DNA of 64,000 nucleotides, taken from assembly GCA_012026655.1 (NCBI GenBank), contig JAAILG010001510.1:1-64000 (forward strand). Direction: 5' to 3'. Source of the stretch: Hydrolagus affinis (lineage: Eukaryota). The translations under genes and the position numbers were made by a program. Shown here in pieces: positions 1 through 9,862 of the stretch (the stretch's first letter is position 1; every line of letters begins with the position of its first letter). The notes under the pieces were generated by a model, which was given only the letters and a program-made list of their open reading frames with translations, was not told where the DNA came from and did no database searches.

Positions 1-161
1 CACTCACCCCAACCCCCCCCCCCACCCCCTTGTCGAAGGCGTTAAAGAAAAGACAGACCAGGCGCGAAAAAAAAATTGGGCAAATTTGTCGGATCACGTT
101 CGCAAACGGTCCCACGTTTTTTAATTAATTTCCAAGAGAGACATGGGTTGCAACGTAACGC

Positions 162-178
162 TGACGTCGCCTAGTAAA
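162..178 (+). promoter_or_regulatory. CRE-like site (TGACGTCG) overlapping an RFX X-box-like site (GTCGCCTAGTAAA)
   Basis: Sequence ctgacgtcgcctagtaaa: 7/8 match to CRE TGACGTCA and close to the X-box GTYGCCTAGCAAC. Motif match only. Confidence 0.4.
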
Positions 179-222
179 TCTCCCCCAAGTCCAGAGTATT
201 GTGGCTGAGAGACCCTACTGTA

Positions 223-269
223 CATCATCATCATCATCTTCTTCACCGCCACCATCATCATCATCATCA
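223..269. repeat. Interrupted (CAT)n trinucleotide microsatellite
   Basis: Two catcatcat runs separated by cttcttcaccgccac. Confidence 0.9.
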
Positions 270-313
270 CTGTAGTGTTTAACATTCGCCTCTAATCGTT
301 CGTTATCCTCTCC

Positions 314-321
314 GGCCAATC
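314..321 (+). promoter_or_regulatory. CCAAT box (NF-Y-type GGCCAATC)
   Basis: ggccaatc within the CpG-rich segment. Confidence 0.4.
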
Positions 322-530
322 TGATCCTAATTGCGTCTTTGTGAAACTTGTGGCACCTCAAACAAAAAGGGGACAGAAGTCCGTCACCGGAGGGGGGAAA
401 AAAACGCATGAATTTTTAAGGTAACAAAAAGAAACTCTTAACGTAACAAAACTTTTCTTCCTTTCCCACTATCACTCACTCTCCCATCCCCATCTCCCCT
501 CGCCCTCCCATCTCTTATTTTTAACCCTCC

Positions 531-930
531 CACACACACACATACACACAACACACATACAAAAACCTAAGTGTTTGCAATAGACGGGGAATTGTTTGCT
601 GTGAGCTTTACATTTCAAGGCTAGTCTCAGGAGTTATTAGTACAAAAGGGGGATTTCTCTCTGTCTCTCTCTCTCTGTTCTCTTCTTTACACACTCTCTC
701 TCCCCCCCACCACCCCCACTGTCTCCCTCTCTCTCTGTGTTTCTCGCTGTAACCTGAAGGTTTTTTTAAAAAAAATATTGTCGATCCACTTTTCCCCCAA
801 ACTTTCCTCCTCTCTGCGCAGGTGAGATCGTGTGTGATAGAATTTGTGGTTTCCCCGAGAGACAGACATAGAGGGAAACACACACACACAGACAGACAGA
901 CAGACAGAGAAAGACACACACACACACATA
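531..930. repeat. Microsatellite cluster: (CA)n, (CT)n, (CAGA)n
   Basis: CA runs at 531-560 and 878-928, CT-rich runs at ~655-740, cagacagacaga at ~889-907. Confidence 0.85.
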
Positions 931-2213
931 GATAAGTAACGCTGTCAGTTTCCAAACCGATTGCGCTCTAAGCGAACACTTTGCCAATTTCAAAGCAAGC
1001 AAGCAAACAGCAAAGGCTTTCTCTCTCGCCCCCCCCCCTCCCCTGTTTACAGCCATCGTGTTACAATAAGTGTACTGCAGCTTTTTTTTGGGGGGGGGAC
1101 CCTACAGTAGTTTTGCAACACACACACACACACCATCCCCTCCTCTCTAACCCCGACCCCCTCCTCACGCCTTTAAATTCTGCCAAGATCATTTGTTCTT
1201 GGATGCGAAGAGCTCGCCACTTTCTCCCCCTCCCTCCCTCACCCACCAGCCAGACAGCCCCACTTCTCACAGCTGCAAATGTATCTCGCCTCAAATCAAC
1301 ATATTTATCGATCACCCCCCACCCCCCACCCATTACACCCTCCCCACTCCCCCCCCCCCACCCTCTATATTCTATCTCTCTCCTCGAGATGTTGGATTAG
1401 AACAAAAGGCTACTTTTTACTAATGAAGGGACATGTGGCTCAGGAGTTTGATCTCGTTTGTATAGTGGAGGGTGGGCAGGGGAGAGGGGTGTGAGAGGAA
1501 CTCGGATGTATTGCTTTAAGAAAAGTTGCCAGTGATCTTTAAGTGGCCGCGGTAAAAAAAAAGTGGGTACATGTGTTTTTTTTTGGGGGGAGAATGGAGA
1601 GAGGTGTGTGTGTGTGTGTGGGGGTGGGGGGGGGGATTGGAGGGAGAGAGGTGAGGTAGGAGCTGGGTGGGTTGGAGGGGGTGTGGGGGGAGTGAAGGCT
1701 TCAATGAGTGGAGTGGTTTCAGTTTCAGATCCTTCGCTCTCGGTTGACGAGCATGGAGGGTTTGGGGCTGTTTCGCTCACTCGTGATGTCACGGTGATCC
1801 TCGGGAGTGCAAATGTCTGTTGATTTCCACCATTAAATGCATGGGTGATCTGGTGGATAATGATAGCATTGACGTCTTTTGCACTCGCTCACTCACTCAC
1901 TCACTCACCCACACCCAGCCAGACCCCAGCCCCAGCCCTCCCAAACCCTACTCCCGTGAATTAGCATCTCTTGACCAGAGAGGGGAGTCTGGTAGCTTTA
2001 GAGCGGCTGCTGGATTCTCTCTCTCTATCTCTCCCCACTCCCTCCCTCTCTCTCTCACATCTCTCTCACTCTCTCCACCCCACGTCTGATCTTTATCATG
2101 GAATGAAAGGAACATTGATAAGCTGTATCTGCTGGTCAGGAAGGTTACTGTAGGGAAAGCCGGGAGATCTACCAGCCTCCCGGGAATGAGATTGCTTTCC
2201 CATAATGTGTGTA

Positions 2214-2223
<10 letters not shown>

Positions 2224-2249
<26 letters not shown>
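2224..2249. repeat. (TA)n microsatellite
   Basis: Pure TA run. Confidence 0.95.
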
Positions 2250-5200
2250 CAGTATACAGTACACAGGCGGCCAGACAGACAGACAGCTGTAAGGATAGAT
2301 GTTTCAGGGACTAAAAGGCTAATTCCCAAGTCCGATAAGAAACTAGTAGCACTTACAACAATGGGGAGGAGGGGATGTGCGTGGGGGAGGAAGGGACGAG
2401 CTCTGTGGGGTTTATGAATGGGATGAAGTTACGGTGTTCTTGACGGATTCTTGCTTTCCCCGTTGGGTATCGACGTCGGTGTAAATCCCAGTGTTGTGTT
2501 GTGGTTGTGACATGTTTCGGACATCTCGCGTTGAATTTTTTTAAAAAAGTCGACCTGTGACACTTCAAAGTGGATTTATTGCCGGCCAGCTGCGGTGTGT
2601 ATCTGTTTGTGTTCAATGTCCTGCCCTGGCAATTCAGTGTGTGTGTGTGTGTATGGGGGGGGGGGGGGTGGGGGGTGGAGATGTGAAATCATATCAGAAA
2701 CCATGTCCTGATTGCATTTTTGGTGTCAAATAGTCTTTGTCATTCAACAATCTTTGCTTTTTTGGCGTTTGATTCTTACACTGAAGTGCCTCTGAAATTC
2801 ACCACAGGAGAAGTACAACCTTCCTTTAGCTCCCCCCACCCCACCCACACACACCCCCCCCCCCCTCAAACAGATGAAAATGACAAGACATAACTTTGTC
2901 GCCACAGTTAGCAGTGAGGAATGTCTAGCTTTGCAAATGCACCGTCGAGAGTCGTTCACGTTTACGTGCAACAAATGGAAGGGCAGTTCATTCTCGAATG
3001 CCAATAGTGGTGAGATTTAACTTTAGCTTCAATGAAGTCAAGCTTTGTAGGTTAGGTATCTAACGTTGCAGTTTTAAAATATATATATATATTTAAGAAA
3101 ACACCCCACTCTGGCAGTTATTGTGTCAAATAATGGCTGGTTTTATGTATCTTTTTAATTAAATTATCGATCCAGCAGAACAAAACAACAGATTGATTTT
3201 TCAGAAGGAGTTCTTAACACGCTGTCAATCAAATCTATCTAAGTTTAGTGACCCCCCCCCCCCCCACCATCCTCATTTCTCAAATGCCTCCCGAATGAAA
3301 TCCTGGATGAAAACACTATTTTCGGTGGGAGGGGAGTGGGGGACTGTTCAGCTGGTTCTGGTTGAATGCCATTCCCACTGATTCCTGCTGTTTTGAACAT
3401 GGGGTAGCTGTAGATGCTGCTTTAGAGACAGACAACTCTGTGGTCTGGATTGTCTCACTCACTCACCACTCACTCACTCACTCAGTGATGATAAAACGAC
3501 CAACCTGTAAAGCTAAGAAAAATTTTGTCCCCAAAAAGATGAACCTCAGAGGAAGGAAAAAAAAGGTTAGTCACATTAAACTAGTTCCTGCCATTTAAAA
3601 AAAAAGTAACGTGTTTTGGGTGATTTTCCTTAATGAGCGGTGAAGACATGAAATTCCTCCTCTTTCTGTCCTTGAGGTGTTGATATTTTCATCCCATCGC
3701 ATTGATTCATCGAGGAGCGCAGTTCCTTGAGAGGTTTGTGTTGTGAGTGGATCTCTGTTTCGGGGAGAATTTTTGGGGAGAATTATTCCCACGCACCGTT
3801 CAAGCATCAATCATCAGAAGGTGATTTTGATTGATTCAGTGGCCTCTTTTCGCCCACAAGTTATACACTTTGCAGTATACCCCGCAAAGCATTTTGAGAT
3901 GTCTCGACGACGTGATAAGGTGCTCTTTCAAACGCAAGGATTATTATTATTGTTCTTTATGCCTTCGCAAAGCTGCATTATCTGCTTATGTATAGTAGTC
4001 TGGAGATATTGCCAAGTGTAATCTTTTGTGACTGTGCGGCTCAGTTGCTGCGATTTATACTCGGACGCCTCCCACACGGGGGATTTGACAGTGTTGGCCT
4101 GTTCATCAGGTACAGCACTGAGACAATACAAGATACTCAGCTGACAAGAGTAATGGAAATATAGTGGAGGCGAGGGGGGTTGAGACTCAGAAACCATTTC
4201 AGCACCCCCTATTGACTCAACTTGAAACTGCAAGGATAGAAGTTGTGAACACGCCTGTGGTCACCTGGCCACTCTTTCACTTGTTGAGTAGTAGTTGTTT
4301 AAAAGTGTTGCTTTCATTCACTTACTCTAAGCAGCCTTTCGGAGTTTCCCTGCTAACTCCCACGGGCTACTTTGTGCAGGCATTTGTAGTGTTGCTTTGC
4401 TGTGATCCTTCAGCGTGGAAATTAATTCCGCAAACTGAAGAGGCTGAGTCTCATACTTCTTTTAAAAAAACCACACAAACCTTCGGGATATCTTTCTCAT
4501 AGTAGTTTGATATTGTTACGACCAACGCGGCCGATAATGCCCAGTGATGAAGACCTCGCTACCTCATGTGTGCAAAGATTGTGTCACGACCGAAACTACT
4601 TTGTTGCAAGGCACTGAAAACAAACACCAACAAATGAGTGCTGGGAATCGACAAGAATGACTTCCAGCAGAAACCATAGCAACTCACGCCTAATAACCGC
4701 CTCGAAGGTTTCTGTAGCGGCAGCCGCACAAACAAAAGCACGCTCCTGCTACACCAGCTGACGCAATGTAAGAATCACGTATCCTGGCTCACAGTGTCTG
4801 CGAGCATCCTACCCGTCTCCACGGCAACCGTGGGACTACTTCGTAGTATTCTAGTGCACAGAAAAAGACTGCCGTACCAGACCCCAATGTGCATGACTGA
4901 AAGGGAAATTTCTTTGACACTTACAGCGAAAATAATATGACGCTGGAAAAGACGCATGGTATAAATGGATCTGGGCAGAGTAGTTGGGCATTACAGTTGT
5001 TTCAATTCTTGAAGGAAGATCTGTGTAAACTCACATGGTAATTTTTTGCATTTACAAGTTCCGTTGTGCAACAAATGTAGTATTCAGTGACTTTTTCTCC
5101 AGTATTTTTAAATCCCACTTTCTCCTTCTTGCAGATGTCCATTCTGTTTCTGTGTGAGAGTTTATACCTTGTATTACTCAATTTTTGTTGCTTTGTCCAT

Positions 5201-5739
5201 AATCTATATTCTACAGTTGGAAGTATTATTAGTTTAAAAAAAATTAGAATCCCATTCCGGATCAGGTTCAGAGTTTCAGGCTGGACTGATATGTGAACTC
5301 ACTTTCACGCACTAAATGCATGTTTTGTAGGTTCTTTGAAGGATTACTGGGTGTTGGAAGGGGGAGGGTGGGGGGGGAGGGCGGCGGGGAGAGATTGAAA
5401 GACAATCATCATGCCTTGCAAGCATATGTCATATTAGCGGATAGTGGGCAATATTGATGGAGAACATGGTAAAGTAATCCTCACCATGATTTATTTGAAG
5501 GAGGAAGACGGGGAGGCTGGAAGGTGGGAATAAAAAGAGCTTAAAAAAAGAAGCCCCCAACAACGTTCCAGAAATTATTCTGATTTCATGTAGGGTTAAT
5601 AACTCCATCCATCTGCTCAGCTTATTGTTTTATTTGATTGCTGTCTATTAATAGACATTGACATTATCTCCTCCACTCCCCCACCTCCCCCAACCCACCC
5701 CCGTCCCCCTCCTCCTCACTTGGTGTCTGATCCCGTCAC

Positions 5740-5774
5740 TATGAAGCACTCTGAAAATTTATGTGACGTGAAGA

Positions 5775-5808
<34 letters not shown>

Positions 5809-5823
5809 TGCAAGTTGTTGTTG
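5740..5823 (+). mobile_element. SINE/L2-type 3' tail fragment with an internal (TA)n expansion
   Basis: gaagcactctgaaa...gacgtgaagagtga(ta)n taagtgcaagttgttgttg follows the shared tail pattern gaagcgctttgagac...gtgaaaagtgctatat(c)aaatgcaag + short repeat. Confidence 0.65.
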
Positions 5824-6124
5824 GCTATTGCTATTTTGAAACTGTTCGTTCCAAGGTGGATCTTTTCGTGTTGCTTTCATTCTGTCATTGTTCCTGCATT
5901 TATTCTTTTTTGCTGCTTCTCTAATTCCTGTTCCTCTTGATCTTTAGCTGATGTTTATTAATCTACGGCATCCTAAAGTGTTTCCTGCCTGCTTTAAACT
6001 GAAGCACACGCGGTGTTTACATGTAGACCATTGTGTACGTAGCCAATCGAGAAATGATGGATTCCTTTTTAATCCTTTACAGGACCAGTTTAAACATGAT
6101 CAGAAAGCCATATGTTTAAACATT

Positions 6125-6555
6125 AATAAAACTTGCATTTGATGTAAGGCCTTACCACATTGCAATGTCTCAAACTGCTTCATACAATATTATGTTATTA
6201 TTCAGCGTATTGACGTTTGGTATGTAGATAAACATGGCAACTAATTTAAATCAGCAATGACCCACATCAGCAAGGATTAAATTAGTTTTTGTGTGTGTGG
6301 TTGAGGAAGAAGTTACATAGTTACAGTGAGGAAACAGACCATGTTCTGCCTGAATCTATGCCAGTATTTGTGCTCCACATGGGCCTCCACTTCTCCTAAT
6401 CCTCTCTCCTATACCCCACTAATTCCTTCTCGCTCCTATAAATATTGGCACAGGGAGAACTCCCTGATCTTCAGCATAGCCCCAAGGTAGCTTTATTAAC
6501 ATCGTCCTGAACCAACAAGTAGATGGTTGAACATTCACTTATGGTTCAAAGAATG
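6125..6555 (-). mobile_element. Deu-domain SINE (SacSINE1/AmnSINE1-like), interrupted by a CR1 fragment
   Basis: Tail cttgcatttgat at 6132, then gtctcaaactgcttca, gacccaca, ggttgagg // ataaatattggc-cagggagaactccc, collinear with the other Deu-type copies in the window. Confidence 0.65.
6308..6436 (-). mobile_element. CR1 LINE 3'-end fragment
   Basis: ttacagtgaggaaacagacc...tctatgccagtatttgtgctccac matches the reverse complement of the CR1 tail at 31300-31362. Confidence 0.65.
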
Positions 6556-7106
6556 GATATGAAAGGAATCGGCTCTGATTCAATGGGTGTGAATAAGAAA
6601 ATGGAAAGTGAATTAAAGTTGGCAATGCAACGCTGATCTAAAGATCTCTTATAATCGCTAGTGTCTAGGAATTGCAAGAGTCACCATATCCTGTATTTCT
6701 GTTACAGAATTTTACGATCGCTGTAAAAGTTGTTTCAATACAGAATCAAAATGAAAGATCCCAAATCACCTGTTGATTACCCAGATCATTTTATAGCATT
6801 TTCAACATTCAATAATTGTGTATTTTGATACACATTAAACCAAAAATCATGTAGCATTTCACCTCCCCATATTCAAAAATACTACAGTATAACATTGTGA
6901 TATATTGTCAAAGCAATTCTTATATTTCTACATGTTACTAATCTTAAGGATTGTTGTAAACACCACTGTCAAGCCTATTAAGCATTGAATTTATATTTTA
7001 AATAATAAATAAAATAAAAGCTATGTACAGATATTTTGTCTGGGAAGCAGAGGGGACAAAGGTTTCATGTGTTTTCCTCCTATTTTCTTCCATTCTTCTT
7101 TTGCAG

Positions 7107-7217
7107 GTTTCTTGCCATGATCCAACCCCCTCCAGCTATGATGGTGGGTTAGTCTGGGTTGCGGACCTTGGTGTGATCGCTATTTGTCAAAGCTATTCTG
7201 CAACTGGCCATCGAAAG
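7107..7217 (+). other. Candidate 111-nt internal exon (probably 5' UTR)
   Basis: Very strong polypyrimidine tract gttttcctcctattttcttccattcttcttttgcAG (AG 7105-7106) and donor AAG|GTAGGA. Confidence 0.45.
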
Positions 7218-9469
7218 GTAGGATTCAATGAGGGTGAGGTGATTGATGTCAAACTTTCCATTTACACAATGCACATTTTCTCTCACTAAAATCTAGGGTG
7301 GGATAGTTGGTAAGACTTGGTCATGCTGGGAATGGGGGTTGGAGCTGTATTGCTATTTGGCATTCAGTGCTTATGTGTGGGACATCAGACAAGCTAGGAC
7401 ATGATTCATCATAAAAAACATGACTTAATTAGATTTTCACTGGAAATTTTCTACATGTCACAAATTAAAGGGCGAGGTGGGACGCACGGACTTTTCTTTT
7501 CCCTTATAGGCTAATCCCAATGTCCAACACTCATTAGACATCTGAATGACAACTGCGGTTTTCATGAAAAACCAAATATATTGTGGTGAGGGAAGGAGTG
7601 GGATAACTGGGCCATTATTCAGAAGTCACTGACCCTGGATTTAAAGACAAGCGACACCACAGCCAAATTTGCTGAATTTATTCTCCTGAGTGCTCAGGAC
7701 AGTTCTCATTCATAATAGAATAAAGCACACCATATAAGTTGCACTGCTGACAAAGTGTCGTGTGAACATCCAGCAGGACTTTAACCGTGAGTAGATTCAC
7801 ATAAAGTGAGTCGCTTAGTCATATAGTTTCAGTCTAATGCAGACCAGCATGTGAGTCAGGTTACCCAACTACACGGGTTGTGAAAGAGTGGGTTCTCCTC
7901 CACTATTGACTTATAATGGAGGAAGTAGGAAATCCCTTGCTAATGTTTGAGTTTCAAATTCACTCGGTTTATTCAAAAATAAACGAGTAGCACTGCAAGT
8001 GACACAGATTTGGGATTCAGCAAATATTTCAAAAGCATGGCAAAGCTTCCTCAATCATTTGTTGCTTTCTGTTTCCAAAGACGCCTGACAAAATGGTGTA
8101 GATTCTCAGACCCCCAAATCTGGACAAATGTTTTCAGTTTTCTGTTAAGTTGCCTGAGAGGCTCAATAGTCTTCCTAACTCCTTAGATGTACGAGCAAAG
8201 TATCCAATGTTTGTTGTGGTTTTAAATGTTTACATGCTTTTACAGATGTAACCATGAATGTTTTATTTTCTGTCAGCAAAGGACTGTAAGTTTTCATTGA
8301 AAATGTTGATGTTGGGCATTGTATGAGTGTGTGCGTGTGTGTGTGTGTCTATGTATAAATATAATAAAAGATATATTGACGTTGATGTCTGTAATTTTGA
8401 GTGTAAATACAGCTTTGAGTAGGCCGGTAGTGGAAATGGATGAGGATTCGACTCCTATTCGGAATACATTGACTTGGGGATGGTGGGCCTCATTCACCTT
8501 AACTTTTGGGTGGGTTTTGTCAGCATTGCTGGATGGAGTACCACACAGGCTTGCGGAACTTCCCATTTCAAGGGTAAGGAGGGAAGAAATCTGGCAATAA
8601 TCTAATGTTCTGCGCACAAATTTCATCTCCCGCTGGAGAGAGCAGCATTGATTGAAGTCCTGCAGAAATTGACGGCAGGGACCATCTTGCTTTCTCTACC
8701 TGGAGGTGGCCATGTGGTAGCCTGCAAGCGAAGAAATTGTGCAGAAAACAGGAACAGGAAACAGTGGGGGAAATAGCAGTAATTGAGAATGAACAATTAC
8801 ATTTTCTAAAACGTGGAACAGTTATAGCACGAGCATGGGAGGGAATTCTGGTTAATAAGTAAAACAGAGGTTCATTACAATATCTTGCAGTTTTTATATT
8901 GTCTATGCATTCTGCTTTTAGATAGTCTCGTGTAAATTTATTGTTTTTAATTATCTTGAGAATATGAGACTGTGAGAGACTAGGCTTCTTGGGTAATTGG
9001 ATTATCCTGTATAAATATGTATATAAATTAAAGTAAAATAATGATAAAAAAAGCACCACTACAGTACAAAGAGAGATTCTAAGCACATTAGACTATATGT
9101 AGAATATGTTGCAAAATTCATCTGAGGTGAATAATTCTGTATAACTAACCACAGTATTTGTATTCTGAGATTCACACCACATATTGATGGTCTTCTTTTT
9201 ATTGTTATTTATTGCTAAAACTTATTAAGTTTTGCTGTTAAATATAGTCATGAATAATTTAATAAACAGCAAAGGGTAGTACATAAAAAGAATAAAAATG
9301 CTCCTGCTTGAATCTGCTTAATAAGTATGCTACATTAATATTATATAAATGCATGTTCGGTTAGCATTGTTGCACTGCGGTAGTACTGATTTAGGTGTTA
9401 TTGATCATTCTTTGAACGTTTTTAAATCAATATGAAGCTGTTATCGTCAAAGCTAATCAAATACTTGGT

Positions 9470-9862
9470 TGAGATATTTGAATAGTTGAAAGAAGATATT
9501 CTAACCTTGTGTCAATCATTGGTGAGGCCACATTGGGAATACAGTGTGCAGTTTTGGATGATCTCTCTTTAAAAGGGCATTGAGGCATTGGAGAGAGTAG
9601 GTAAAGGAGAACAGACAGGTAGGGCTCTAGGTTGCAAGGGAAGACAAATGCCAGCTGGACTAGTATTCATTGGAGAAAATAAGAATAGAGGGTGACATGA
9701 TTTAGGTCTTTGCAATGCGGAGAAACAGAGATGATGTCAATGTAAACCAACTGTTTACAGTGTGAGCGCAGAACTTGAGGACATATGTTTGAAATAATCA
9801 AGTTGTGAGCGAGACTTGAAATGAGAAATTATTTTCATGCAGTAGTGGATCTGTAGAACAGA
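9470..9862 (+). mobile_element. CR1 LINE ORF2 C-terminal fragment (decayed)
   Basis: Translates KEDILTLCQSLVRPHWEYSVQFW ... IEALERV ... YSLEKIRIEGDMI, matching the CR1 motif LYxSLVRPHLEYCVQFW...FSLERRRLRGDLI, with stops and frameshifts. Confidence 0.85.

Larger units (their letters stand above)
1..4960. promoter_or_regulatory. CpG-island-like promoter / 5' regulatory region of an unidentified gene
   Basis: CpG is visibly retained (e.g. 61-350, 2455-2600, 3790-4080, 4515-4960) compared with the CpG-poor rest of the window. No recognisable SINE/LINE occurs before ~5740. Many G/C tracts and microsatellites are present. Confidence 0.65.

Noticed and set aside
215-409. Minus-strand 64-aa ORF with an acidic poly-Asp tail
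   Set aside because: The acidic run is just the (CAT)n microsatellite read on the other strand; no recognisable domain.
608-2417. Many overlapping 60-140 aa ORFs in the 5' region
   Set aside because: Low-complexity translations of CA/CT/G-run repeats in GC-rich, stop-poor DNA.
4198-4206. REST/NRSE left half-site TTCAGCACC
   Set aside because: The right half (GGACAG) is absent.
4544-4617. Box C (GTGATGA) ... box D (CTGA) spacing suggestive of a C/D snoRNA; TGATGA...GAAAC suggestive of a hammerhead
   Set aside because: No terminal stem, no recognisable rRNA/snRNA guide, and no CUGA core or supporting helices.
8568-9086. Longest ORF in the track (172 aa, minus strand)
   Set aside because: Non-ATG start, AT-rich random-looking composition, no domain similarity.
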